Shown here: positions 1-8,358 of the stretch, piece by piece
Layout of the letters: each line of letters opens with the position of its first letter
How positions within the stretch are numbered: the stretch's first letter is position 1
Source: Gemmatimonadota bacterium
Lineage (GTDB): Bacteria; Gemmatimonadota; Gemmatimonadetes; Gemmatimonadales; GWC2-71-9
DNA: 43,990 nucleotides
Direction of reading: 5' to 3'
Assembly: GCA_041484865.1 (NCBI GenBank)
Contig: JBGPIJ010000001.1
Location: forward strand, 1-43,990
Program-made: the position numbers and the translations under genes
Notes under the pieces: model-generated
Told to the model about the DNA's origin: nothing
Database searches by the model: none
What the model saw: only the letters and a program-made list of their open reading frames with translations

Positions 1-414
1 CGCGAGCCCACCGTGGAGGAAATCGCCGAGGGTATGGACATCTCGCAGGACGAGGTCGCAAAAACCCTCTCGATTTCGCAAGCGCATCTCTCGCTCGATG
101 CGCCGCTCACCCCCGGAGAAGACAACAAGCTCCTCGACTACCTCCCCGACACGACGAACCCCGGCCCCGACGATGAAATCTTCGAGCACGCCCTCACGGA
201 ATCGATCGAAGAGGTGCTCGGCACCCTCAAGGACCGGGAGGCGAGGATCCTGCGCCTCTACTTCGGTCTCGAAGGGCAGGAGCCGATGACGCTCGAGGAG
301 ATCGGCTCGCTGCTCGGCATCACGCGCGAGCGGGTCCGGCAGATCAAGGAAAAAGCGCTGGCCCGGCTGCGGCATGTGTCACGGGCGAGAGCGCTCGAGA
401 CGTTCCTCTTCTAG
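1..414 (+). CDS. rpoD: RNA polymerase sigma-70 family (primary-type) factor, C-terminal regions 3-4; the 5' end lies outside the window
   Basis: Frame 1 is open from nt 1. The translation ...TLEEIGSLLGITRERVRQIKEKALARLRH...ALETFLF matches the region 4.2 HTH and C-terminal tail of primary sigma factors. The stop is TAG 412-414, followed immediately by TAA. Confidence 0.85.
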   Translation, partial: REPTVEEIAEGMDISQDEVAKTLSISQAHLSLDAPLTPGEDNKLLDYLPDTTNPGPDDEIFEHALTESIEEVLGTLKDREARILRLYFGLEGQEPMTLEEIGSLLGITRERVRQIKEKALARLRHVSRARALETFLF

Positions 415-426
415 TAAACGTGCGTA

Positions 427-467
427 GTGCGTGGTGCGTGGTGCGCTCGGCACCACGTACCACGCAC
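427..467 (+). terminator. Long GC-rich hairpin downstream of rpoD (candidate intrinsic terminator)
   Basis: Arm 427-444 (gtgcgtggtgcgtggtgc) pairs with arm 450-467 (gcaccacgtaccacgcac): 18 bp with one mismatch and a 5-nt loop. It is followed by agcttatattgt, an A/T-rich stretch but not a clean U-tract. Confidence 0.5.
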
Positions 468-485
468 AGCTTATATTGTCCCACC

Positions 486-989
486 ATGGCCACTCTTGCA
501 TCGTTCGATATCTCCACCGGCGCCGACCTGCAGGAGGTCGATAACGCCGTCAATCAGGCGACCAAAGAGGTCGCCCAGCGCTACGACTTCAAGGGCTCGA
601 AGTGCGCGATCGCCTTCGACCGCACCAAGGCGACGCTCACGCTCGACGCCGACGACGACTTCAAAATGAAGGCGCTGTTCGACGTGCTGCACGGGAAGCT
701 CGTGAAACGGGGCGTGCCGGTGAAGAACCTCGATCTCGGGCCCGTCACCCCCGCCGGGGGCGATAGTGTGCGCCGCGAGATCAAGCTCACGCAGGGCATT
801 CCCCAGGAAAAAGCCAAGGCGATCGTCAAGGCGATCAAGGACAAGAAATTCAAGAAGGCCCAGGCCTCGATCCAGGGCGAGGAAATCCGCGTGCAGGCGC
901 CGTCGAAGGACGATCTGCAAGAGGTGATCGCCTTCCTGCGCGCGCAGGACTTCGGGCTCGAGCTCAAGTTCGGGAATTACCGCGGATGA
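486..989 (+). CDS. yajQ: YajQ family cyclic-di-GMP/nucleotide-binding protein (UPF0234)
   Basis: MATLASFDISTGADLQEVDNAVNQATKEVAQRYDFKG...IQGEEIRVQAPSKDDLQEVIAFLR...KFGNYRG is collinear with E. coli YajQ. The ATG at 486 was chosen inside the longer track ORF 420..989. Confidence 0.9.
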   Translation: MATLASFDISTGADLQEVDNAVNQATKEVAQRYDFKGSKCAIAFDRTKATLTLDADDDFKMKALFDVLHGKLVKRGVPVKNLDLGPVTPAGGDSVRREIKLTQGIPQEKAKAIVKAIKDKKFKKAQASIQGEEIRVQAPSKDDLQEVIAFLRAQDFGLELKFGNYRG

Positions 990-2302
990 AGCTGGGAGTG
1001 ATCTCCCTCGGCTGCGACAAAGCCACGGTCGATTCCGAGCGGCTGGTGGGCGAGCTCGTGGGCCACGGCGCAGTCATCACGCCCGACCTGCCCGAGGCCG
1101 ACGTCATTCTCGTGAACACCTGCGGCTTCATCGACACCGCCAAGCGGGAGTCGATCGACGCGATCCTCGGCGCCGCCCAGCTCAAGGCGCAGGGCACCGT
1201 GAAAGCGGTCGTCGCGGTCGGTTGTCTCATCGAGCGGCACCGTGCGGAGCTGGCGCGAGAGATCCCGGAGGTCGACCTGTTTCTCGGTTTCTCCGACCTC
1301 CATCACCTCGTCCCCGAGCTCGGGCGCCGCGGCCTGATCGAAGACCCGGCGGGGCGGCACCCCGGTGTGCGCCAGTTCCTCGGCGCGGCGCCGCACGTCC
1401 GGTACCTCAAGATCTCCGAGGGGTGCGACCATACCTGCGCGTTCTGCGCCATTCCGCTCATGCGCGGCAAGCATCGCACCGAGCCGCTCGAGCGCCTGGT
1501 GCGGGAGGCGCAGCAGCTCGAAGCGCAGGGGGCGAAGGAGATCAATCTCGTCGCCCAGGACCTCGGGCATTATGGCCGCGACGCCGGGGCAGGGGCGCCC
1601 CGCCTTCCCGAGCTGCTCGAGGCCCTGCTGCGGGAGACCGGCGTGCCGTGGTACCGGCTGCTGTACGTGTACTCGGCGGGCCTGTCGGAGCGTTTGGTCG
1701 AGGTGATCGCCCGCGAGCCCCGCATCCTCCCGTATCTCGATATCCCGATTCAGCACGCGAGCGACCACGTGCTCGAGCGGATGCGTCGTCCCGAGCGCCA
1801 GGCCACCCTGCGCCACAAACTCGCCTGGCTGCGCGGCGCGATCCCTGAAGTCGCCCTCCGCACCACGTGCCTCGTCGGGTTCCCGGGGGAGACCGAGGCC
1901 GACTTCCGCGAGCTGCTCGCGTTTCTCGAGGAGGCGCAGTTCGACCGGTTGGGGGCGTTCAGCTATTCGCCGCAGGACGGGACCCGGGCGATGCAGTACG
2001 CGGACGACGTGCCCGAGGAGGTGAAGCGGGACCGGCTCGAAGAGCTGATCGAGTTCCAGCGGGGGATTTCGGCCGAGCGGCTGAGCCGGTTTGTGGGTCG
2101 CGAGGTCAGCGCGCTGGTGGATCGCATCGCCGACCCCGACGAGGACGGCGCGACCCACGTCGGACGGGTCCCCTGGCAGGCGGACGACGTGGATGGGGTG
2201 ACCTACGTCGCCACCGGCGGCTGGGCCGCCCCGGGGACATTTCTTCCGGTCCGCCTGACCGCGAGCGAGGACTACGACTTCCGAGCCGTCGCGTTGACGT
2301 GA
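986..2302 (+). CDS. rimO: Ribosomal protein S12 methylthiotransferase RimO (radical SAM, MiaB/RimO family with C-terminal TRAM)
   Basis: N-terminal [17 protein letters not shown]...VNTCGFI, the radical-SAM CxxxCxxC element ([13 protein letters not shown]), and a length of 438 aa. ATGA overlap with the yajQ stop. Confidence 0.85.
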   Translation: MKLGVISLGCDKATVDSERLVGELVGHGAVITPDLPEADVILVNTCGFIDTAKRESIDAILGAAQLKAQGTVKAVVAVGCLIERHRAELAREIPEVDLFLGFSDLHHLVPELGRRGLIEDPAGRHPGVRQFLGAAPHVRYLKISEGCDHTCAFCAIPLMRGKHRTEPLERLVREAQQLEAQGAKEINLVAQDLGHYGRDAGAGAPRLPELLEALLRETGVPWYRLLYVYSAGLSERLVEVIAREPRILPYLDIPIQHASDHVLERMRRPERQATLRHKLAWLRGAIPEVALRTTCLVGFPGETEADFRELLAFLEEAQFDRLGAFSYSPQDGTRAMQYADDVPEEVKRDRLEELIEFQRGISAERLSRFVGREVSALVDRIADPDEDGATHVGRVPWQADDVDGVTYVATGGWAAPGTFLPVRLTASEDYDFRAVALT

Positions 2303-3585
2303 CCCGCTCGGCCGAGCTGTTCGAGCGGGCGCGCCGTGTCATGCCCGGGGGGGTGAGCTCGCCGGTCCGCGCGTTTCGCGGCGTCGGCGGGACGCCGTTC
2401 TTCGTTGCGCGCGCCGCCGGCGCGCGCCTCACCGACGTCGACGGCCGGACCTACCTCGACTACGTGTGCTCCTGGGGGCCGCTGATTCTGGGCCACGCTC
2501 ATCCCGCCGTCCTGGCCGCGATCACGGGCGCCGCCGAGCGGGGCTGGTCGTACGGCGCGCCCTGCGAGGCCGAAGTCACGCTCGCGGAGCTTGTGCGCGC
2601 GCGCATCCCTTCGATCGAGATGGTGCGGTTCGTCAATAGCGGGACGGAAGCAACCATGGCGGCGGTCCGGCTGGCCCGCGCCGTCACCAAGCGGGACGCG
2701 ATTCTCAAGTTCGAGGGCTGCTACCACGGCCACGCGGACAGTTTTCTCGTGAAGGCGGGGAGCGGCGTGGCCACGCTCGGCCTCCCCGACAGCCCCGGCG
2801 TCCCCGGCGCGCTCGCGGCCTTGACCCTGACGGCACCGTTCAACGACACGGCCGCGGTCGACGCGATCTTCGAGCGTCACGGCACTGAGATCGCGGCCGT
2901 CATCGTCGAGCCGTACGTCGGTAACGCGGGCTTCATCCCGCCCGCACCGGGCTTCCACTCCTTCTTGCGCGCGCATTGCGATCATGCGGGCGCGCTCCTG
3001 ATCCTCGACGAAGTGATGACCGGATTTCGGGTCGCCGCGGGTGGCGCGCAGGCGCGTCTTGGCGTGCGCCCAGATCTCACGACGCTCGGCAAGATCATCG
3101 GCGGTGGGATGCCGGTCGGCGCCTACGGCGGGCGGGCCGAGCTGATGGGCCAGATCGCCCCCGAAGGGCCTGTGTACCAGGCGGGCACGCTCGCGGGCAA
3201 CCCGGTCGCGATGGCCGCGGGACTCGCGACGCTGCGCGAGACCGAGCGGCCGGGCTTCTATGAGACGCTCGAACGCCGGACCGCGCAGCTCGTGGCCGGC
3301 ATACGGGCCTCCGCGGCGCGGCACGGCGTGCCCGTCACGGCGGACCATGCGGGATCGATGTGGGGGGTGTATTTCACGGCCGGACCGGTACAGAGCTTCG
3401 CGGACGCCCGCCGCGCCGACACGGCCTTGTTCGCGAAATGGCATCGGGCGGCGCTCGCGCGCGGGATCTTTCTCGCGCCGTCGGCGTTCGAGGCGGGGTT
3501 CGTCTCCAGTGCCCACACGGATGCCGACATCGCCCAAACCACGGTGGCGCTCGACGCCGCGCTCGCTGAAGCCCTGGGTCGCTAG
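2299..3585 (+). CDS. hemL: Glutamate-1-semialdehyde 2,1-aminomutase
   Basis: [32 protein letters not shown]...DEVMTGFR...[16 protein letters not shown] is the class-III aminotransferase HemL signature. The GTG at 2299 overlaps the rimO stop (GTGA). The track ORF 1867.. is an upstream extension. Confidence 0.9.
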   Translation: MTRSAELFERARRVMPGGVSSPVRAFRGVGGTPFFVARAAGARLTDVDGRTYLDYVCSWGPLILGHAHPAVLAAITGAAERGWSYGAPCEAEVTLAELVRARIPSIEMVRFVNSGTEATMAAVRLARAVTKRDAILKFEGCYHGHADSFLVKAGSGVATLGLPDSPGVPGALAALTLTAPFNDTAAVDAIFERHGTEIAAVIVEPYVGNAGFIPPAPGFHSFLRAHCDHAGALLILDEVMTGFRVAAGGAQARLGVRPDLTTLGKIIGGGMPVGAYGGRAELMGQIAPEGPVYQAGTLAGNPVAMAAGLATLRETERPGFYETLERRTAQLVAGIRASAARHGVPVTADHAGSMWGVYFTAGPVQSFADARRADTALFAKWHRAALARGIFLAPSAFEAGFVSSAHTDADIAQTTVALDAALAEALGR

Positions 3586-4798
3586 CGCGCTCGTCGTCGC
3601 AGCGGCCGCGTGCGCGCGGCCGCCGCGGACGGCCGTCGTGGCCGCCGAGCCGGAGCTGCGCGTCGGCATCGTCGCGGATGCTCCCAACCTCACGCTGGGC
3701 GGCGACGGCGAGCTGATTCTCACCGACGACGCCACCGGCCAGCTTGTCGGCTCGGTGCCGGCTGGGACGCGGTGGGCCGTCGTGCCCGACGGCGACCGGC
3801 TGCGGCTCGTCCGGCCCGATGGATCGATCACCGACCCCCATTCCGGCGTGTTCGCGGTGAACGTGACCGAGGGACGGTTCGCGATGGCCGAGGGCCGGAC
3901 GTATCGGGGCCGCCTTGACGTCGTCCGGACCCCGGGTGGCGCGCTCCTCGTCAATCGCGTGCCGCTCGAGAGCTACGTGGCGAGCGTAGTGGCGGCGGAA
4001 ATGGGTCCGCGCAAGCTCAACGAGCGGGCGGCGATCCTCGCCCAGGCGATCGTGTCGCGCACGCGGGCCCTGGCGAGTCGCGGCCGCTGGGAAGCACAGG
4101 GGGTTGACGCGTTCGCCGACACGCGCGACCAGGTGTACACGGGCGTGACCGGTGAAACGCCGCAGGCGTTGGAGGCGGTGCGGGCGACCGCCGGGGAGGT
4201 GCTGCTGTACCAGGGCCAGCCGATCGACGCGTACTTCCATTCGACCTGCGGCTATCGCACCGCCGACGTCGACGAAGCGTTCAAGACCGCCGTACCGCGC
4301 CCCTATCTGCGCTCCGTGTCGGACGCCAGCGGCGACGGGGGATACTACAACGACATCTCTCCTCGATTCCGATGGCGGGAGGAGTGGGACGCCACTGCGC
4401 TGCGCTCTATATTGTCGCGAACGCTCACGCCGCTCATGAACGTCGGCGGCGACGGCCTGCCGCGCATCACCAACATCGAGGTGACCCGCACGACGCACTC
4501 GGGCCGGGTGGCCGAGCTGCGGATCGTCTTCGAGCGGGGCGAGGTCCGCGTGCCCGGGCCGGACGTGCGTAGCGTCCTGCGGCCTGAGCCGGACCGCGTG
4601 CTCGGCAGCCTCGCGTTCCAACTGGACGTGACGAGGGAAGGCGGGCAGGTGACCCATGTGGTGGCGACCGGCGTGGGATGGGGGCACGGCGTGGGTTTTT
4701 GCCAGTGGGGCGCCGTGGGCCGGGCTCGCGCGGGGCAAGATGTCACCACCATCCTCGCCGCCTATTACCCGGGGACGAAGGTTGAACGGATCTACTAG
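3521..4798 (+). CDS. SpoIID/LytB domain protein (putative lipoprotein, peptidoglycan remodelling)
   Basis: [14 protein letters not shown]...AQAIVSRT...DTRDQVYTG...[12 protein letters not shown]...[11 protein letters not shown] are SpoIID-family motifs. The ATG at 3521 gives a lipobox-like N-terminus (ALVVAAAAC). The start overlaps hemL by 65 nt and is less certain than the family call. Confidence 0.75.
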   Translation: MPTSPKPRWRSTPRSLKPWVASALVVAAAACARPPRTAVVAAEPELRVGIVADAPNLTLGGDGELILTDDATGQLVGSVPAGTRWAVVPDGDRLRLVRPDGSITDPHSGVFAVNVTEGRFAMAEGRTYRGRLDVVRTPGGALLVNRVPLESYVASVVAAEMGPRKLNERAAILAQAIVSRTRALASRGRWEAQGVDAFADTRDQVYTGVTGETPQALEAVRATAGEVLLYQGQPIDAYFHSTCGYRTADVDEAFKTAVPRPYLRSVSDASGDGGYYNDISPRFRWREEWDATALRSILSRTLTPLMNVGGDGLPRITNIEVTRTTHSGRVAELRIVFERGEVRVPGPDVRSVLRPEPDRVLGSLAFQLDVTREGGQVTHVVATGVGWGHGVGFCQWGAVGRARAGQDVTTILAAYYPGTKVERIY

Positions 4799-5435
4799 GA
4801 AGGCCGTCGGACTCGGCGCGCTCGTCCTGCTGGCGGGGCTACCCGGCCATGTCGCCGCCCAGGCGATTCTCAATCAGTTCTCCTCGGAAAACCTCGCCGC
4901 GAGCGCCATCGGGGTCGACCTCGGCGTGCTCGCCGGCACCAACATCCGTGGCACCAAGACAGTCGCGGCGCGGCTCGACTTCGGGAAGATCGCTCCCTCG
5001 GTGCGCGTGCTGCTTGGCGCGTCGTACTTTCGCGCCGACCTGAGCAGCGCCGCATTGCAGCGCTTCGAGCAGCGCCTGCGCACCATCGTCATCGACCCCA
5101 GCGGCGACGACACGATCCGCCTCGGCCGCATCACGTGGAGCGACGTCACCGCGGACCTCGATCTCCAGTACGTCATGCCCCAGGGCGCGGCCACCGCCTA
5201 CCTGGGGCTCGGGTTCAGCGCCCACGTGCGCCACGGCAGCGGCGCGGCGATCGATGGAACGTTCGTGCAGGACGCTCTCAACGCGATCACGGCTGGCTTG
5301 AACGGCACGCTGGGGGCCGAATTCGGCAGCCGCCACTGGCGTTTCGCCCTCGAGGGTCGCGGCGTGCTGGCGAGCGGCCTCTCCACCGTGGGGCTGAGCG
5401 CTGGGGGGCGCTACCGCTGGGCGAGCGCACAGTGA
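4782..5435 (+). CDS. Hypothetical secreted protein, possibly an outer-membrane beta-barrel
   Basis: A TTG start gives the signal peptide [26 protein letters not shown]. The protein has alternating Gly/aromatic-rich segments and a C-terminal ...GGRYRW motif. No family was recognised. Confidence 0.45.
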   Translation: MNGSTRKAVGLGALVLLAGLPGHVAAQAILNQFSSENLAASAIGVDLGVLAGTNIRGTKTVAARLDFGKIAPSVRVLLGASYFRADLSSAALQRFEQRLRTIVIDPSGDDTIRLGRITWSDVTADLDLQYVMPQGAATAYLGLGFSAHVRHGSGAAIDGTFVQDALNAITAGLNGTLGAEFGSRHWRFALEGRGVLASGLSTVGLSAGGRYRWASAQ

Positions 5436-6295
5436 GCGACCCGGTCCGCGTCGCTGTTGTCGGCGCCGGGGCGATCGCCCAGGTCGCTCACCTCCCCGCG
5501 TTGCGCCGCCTGAACGGCGTCCACCTCGCCGCGATCTGCGACAACGACGCCAGCAAGGCCCGCGCACTCGCCTCGCGCTTCGGCGTGCCCGACGTCTACG
5601 ACGATATCGAAGATCTGCTCCGCAACGCCCGCCTCGATGCGGTGGTGATTTGCACGCCGAACCACCTGCACGAGATGCATGCCGTCGCCGCGCTCGCGGC
5701 CGGGGTGCACGTCCTGTGCGAGCGTCCGCTGGCGTTGAGCCTCGCTGGCGTCGAGCGCGTGCTCCAGGCCAGCGGACGATACGGCAAGCGCGTGAGCGTC
5801 GCCATGAATCACCGCTTCCGTTCCGACGTGCAAGCGGTGCGCGGCTTTCTCGCGGGAGGGGAGCTGGGCACGATCGAAGCCGTGCGCGGCGGCTGGCACA
5901 TGTTCCAGTCCCCCCGGGACGTCCCGGCGTGGCGGTTGCAACCCCAGCAGGCGGGCGGCGGGGCGTTTCTCGATCTCGGCTTACCCCTCCTCGACCTCGG
6001 GCTCTGGCTCTCGGGATGGTCGTTGCCCATTCGCGTCTCCGCCGCGCTGCTGCGTCGTGGAGCGGACCGCGTCGAGGAGATGGGGTCGGTGATGGTGACG
6101 TGCGAGAGCGGACTGCTCATCTCAATCGACGTGAGCTGGCGCCACCTCGTGGAGGGGGAGCGGTTCTGGTTCGACCTCGTGTGCACCAAAGGCTCCGCCG
6201 GCATTCAACCGCTGCGCATCATCAAGGACGCCCCCGGCATGCCGGCGGACGTGACGCCCACCGGCGCTTCCGGTCGGGAGACGCTGTTCGCCTAG
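5432..6295 (+). CDS. Gfo/Idh/MocA family oxidoreductase, terminated by an in-frame TAG at 6293-6295 (possible pseudogene or read-through; see findings)
   Basis: N-terminal Rossmann motif VRVAVVGAGAIAQVAHLPAL...ICTPNHLH...V(L)CERP. The GTG at 5432 overlaps the preceding stop (GTGA). Confidence 0.8.
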   Translation: MSDPVRVAVVGAGAIAQVAHLPALRRLNGVHLAAICDNDASKARALASRFGVPDVYDDIEDLLRNARLDAVVICTPNHLHEMHAVAALAAGVHVLCERPLALSLAGVERVLQASGRYGKRVSVAMNHRFRSDVQAVRGFLAGGELGTIEAVRGGWHMFQSPRDVPAWRLQPQQAGGGAFLDLGLPLLDLGLWLSGWSLPIRVSAALLRRGADRVEEMGSVMVTCESGLLISIDVSWRHLVEGERFWFDLVCTKGSAGIQPLRIIKDAPGMPADVTPTGASGRETLFA

Positions 6296-6439
6296 TCGTA
6301 TCGAGCCGAGTGGACCTATTTCCTGGCGGTGATCCGGGGCGATGTGAACGCGCCACCGCCCAAGGATCAGCTGCTGCTGCAGCGCGTGGTGGACGCCGTG
6401 TACCGCTCTGCCGCCGAAGGTCGCGACGTCGCCCCGTGA
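6296..6439 (+). other. In-frame continuation of the oxidoreductase ORF beyond TAG (47 sense codons plus TGA)
   Basis: My hand translation in the same frame gives SYRAEWTYFLAVIRGDVNAPPPKDQLLLQRVVDAVYRSAAEGRDVAP*. This resembles the usual Gfo/Idh/MocA C-terminus. Its TGA (6437-6439) overlaps the lnt GTG (6436). Confidence 0.6.
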
Positions 6440-7995
6440 TCGGTCCGCCTCGCCGCGCGCTCGGCCCGATCGCGCTCGGCGCCGTCCTGCTCGCCGCCAG
6501 TTATCCGCCGTTCAATCTTCCGTGGCTCAGCTTCGTCGCCGTCGTTCCTGCGGTGCTGCTCGTCCGGCAGGCGGAGCGGCACGAGGACCCGCGGGGCGCG
6601 TTTCGCGTCGGGTTCTGGTACGGGTTCGCGGCGCAGGCGGTCGTGCTGTACTGGATGATCATCGCGCTGTGGCATTTCACCCCGCTCTCGGCGCTCGGCT
6701 ATCTCGCGACGATCACCCTCGAAGGGTTGTGGAGCGCCGCGCTGTTCTGGTTTGTGGTCCGGATACGGCTGCGGCTGCCGCGGTTGCCCCTGTGGGTCGT
6801 GTTCCCGCTTGCCTGGACGGCGGTCGAGTGGGCGATCGGCCACCAGGGCGACATCCGGTTCCCGTGGCTCGGCCTCGGCACCTCCCTCGCTGATGGACGC
6901 ACCCTGGTGCAGTGGGCGGATCTCGCCGGTGCCCGCGGCGTGACGCTCTGGCTCGCGTGGTGCAACGTGATGATCGTGGAGGGGCTGCTCCCGGCGTCGG
7001 GGAGGCCGCGCCGGATGGTCCGGCATCTGGTCCCCGTCGCGGCCACGATCTTCGCCGCGCTCGGGTACGGGCTCTGGCGCGAGGGAACGCTCCCGATGCG
7101 CGAGCTCGGGGTCATCGGCCTGATCCAACCCAACGAAGGCTACGAGGAGAAATGGCTGCCGGGCCGGCAGGACAGCATCATGAGTAAGCTCGCGCTCATG
7201 TCGCGACGCCTCCAGTCGCACCACCGCGTCAATCTCCTCGTCTGGCCCGAAGCGGCGGTCCCGGGGTTCTTCGTGGACCATCCGCAGTGGAGCGACGCCA
7301 TCGCCCGCCTGGCGCGGAGCGAGGGTGCCGCGATTCTCACCGGCGGGCTCGATGTCCGGCTGTACGGCGGCGGGGCCTTTGATTACTTCAACGCCGCCTT
7401 CTTCTTCGACTCGGCGGGCGGTCGCGGGTCGGCGGTCTATGACAAGCGGTATCTCGTGCCGATCGTCGAGCGGGTGCCGTTCATTCCCCCGCGCTGGATC
7501 CATCTGCAATGGTTCGGGGGATTCGGCCGGGGCGCGGCGCTGCCGGTCTACAGCGCCGCGGGCGGACGTTTCGGAGTGATGATCTGCTATGAATCGGCGT
7601 TCGAAGAACTGCCGCGGGACTATCGGCGCCTGGGCGCCGACTACCTCGTCAACATCACGAACGATGCCTGGTTCGGACACACCAGCGCGCCGTATCAGCA
7701 CGCTTCCCACCTCGTGCTGCGAGCGATCGAAACGCGCATGGGCGTCGCCCGAGCGGGAAACTCAGGCGTCTCGGAGTTCGTGGATCCGCTGGGGCGGGCC
7801 TACGATGCCACCCGTCTCAACACCGAGGCGATCGTGGCCGGCCATCTGCGCACCAGCGACGTGACGACCCTGTATGTGCGCTGGGGTGACTGGGTGGGGG
7901 CGCTGAGCGTCGCTGCGGTCCTGGCGCTCGCCGTGCTCACCCTGGTGCGCAAACGGTCGGAAGGCACGTTGGCACCTCACGGAGGTTCGTCATGA
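6436..7995 (+). CDS. lnt: Apolipoprotein N-acyltransferase
   Basis: Multi-TM N-terminus (LLAASYPPFNLPWLSFVAVVP...) and a C-terminal nitrilase-type domain (LLVWPEAAVP...VPIVERVPF...ICYESAF...ITNDAWFG). The GTG at 6436 was chosen inside track ORF 5650..7995. Confidence 0.85.
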   Translation: MIGPPRRALGPIALGAVLLAASYPPFNLPWLSFVAVVPAVLLVRQAERHEDPRGAFRVGFWYGFAAQAVVLYWMIIALWHFTPLSALGYLATITLEGLWSAALFWFVVRIRLRLPRLPLWVVFPLAWTAVEWAIGHQGDIRFPWLGLGTSLADGRTLVQWADLAGARGVTLWLAWCNVMIVEGLLPASGRPRRMVRHLVPVAATIFAALGYGLWREGTLPMRELGVIGLIQPNEGYEEKWLPGRQDSIMSKLALMSRRLQSHHRVNLLVWPEAAVPGFFVDHPQWSDAIARLARSEGAAILTGGLDVRLYGGGAFDYFNAAFFFDSAGGRGSAVYDKRYLVPIVERVPFIPPRWIHLQWFGGFGRGAALPVYSAAGGRFGVMICYESAFEELPRDYRRLGADYLVNITNDAWFGHTSAPYQHASHLVLRAIETRMGVARAGNSGVSEFVDPLGRAYDATRLNTEAIVAGHLRTSDVTTLYVRWGDWVGALSVAAVLALAVLTLVRKRSEGTLAPHGGSS

Positions 7996-8351
7996 CCTGG
8001 GTACTCGTTGGGGCGCTCGGGCTGGTCGCCGGGATCGTGTCGGGACTGTTCGGGGTCGGCGGCGCGATCGTGATCATTCCCGGCCTCGTGCTCGTGGCGA
8101 AGCTCAGTCAGCACGCCGCGAACGGCACCTCGCTCGCCGCCTTGTTGTTGCCCGTGGGCTTGCTGGGCGCCGCGGAGTACTACCGGCGCGGCGAGGTCAA
8201 CGTCCCCTACGCCTTGGTGATCGCCCTCGGCCTTTTCTTTGGGGCGTTGCTAGGCGCGAAGTTGGCGGGGTATGTATCGGACCTCGCGCTCAGGCGCGCG
8301 TTCGGCGCCTTTCTGCTGCTCATTTCCGTGCGGTTGCTGGTGGGCCGCTGA
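7992..8351 (+). CDS. Half-size TSUP (TauE/SafE-like) membrane protein, about 4 TM
   Basis: GIVSGLFGVGGAIVIIPGLV...GTSLAALL... matches TauE/SafE family motifs. Only 119 aa. ATGA overlap with the lnt stop. Confidence 0.6.
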   Translation: MTWVLVGALGLVAGIVSGLFGVGGAIVIIPGLVLVAKLSQHAANGTSLAALLLPVGLLGAAEYYRRGEVNVPYALVIALGLFFGALLGAKLAGYVSDLALRRAFGAFLLLISVRLLVGR

Positions 8352-8358
8352 GCCTCGC

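Noticed and set aside
977-3954. Long antisense ORFs opposite rimO and hemL (977..2158, 393 aa; 2272..3954, 560 aa).
   Set aside because: Their translations are Arg/Pro/Gly/Ala-rich low-complexity strings with no motifs. The opposite strand encodes clearly recognisable RimO and HemL. This is the usual open-frame artefact of high-GC DNA.
6293-6295. Genome-wide TAG reassignment or pyrrolysine-type recoding as the explanation for the in-frame amber codon.
   Set aside because: TAG ends at least four other well-supported genes at their expected C-termini in this window: rpoD (412-414), hemL (3583-3585), spoIID (4796-4798) and ctpA (17604-17606). I saw no pyl-type genes. A local nonsense mutation, a sequencing error or low-level read-through is more parsimonious.
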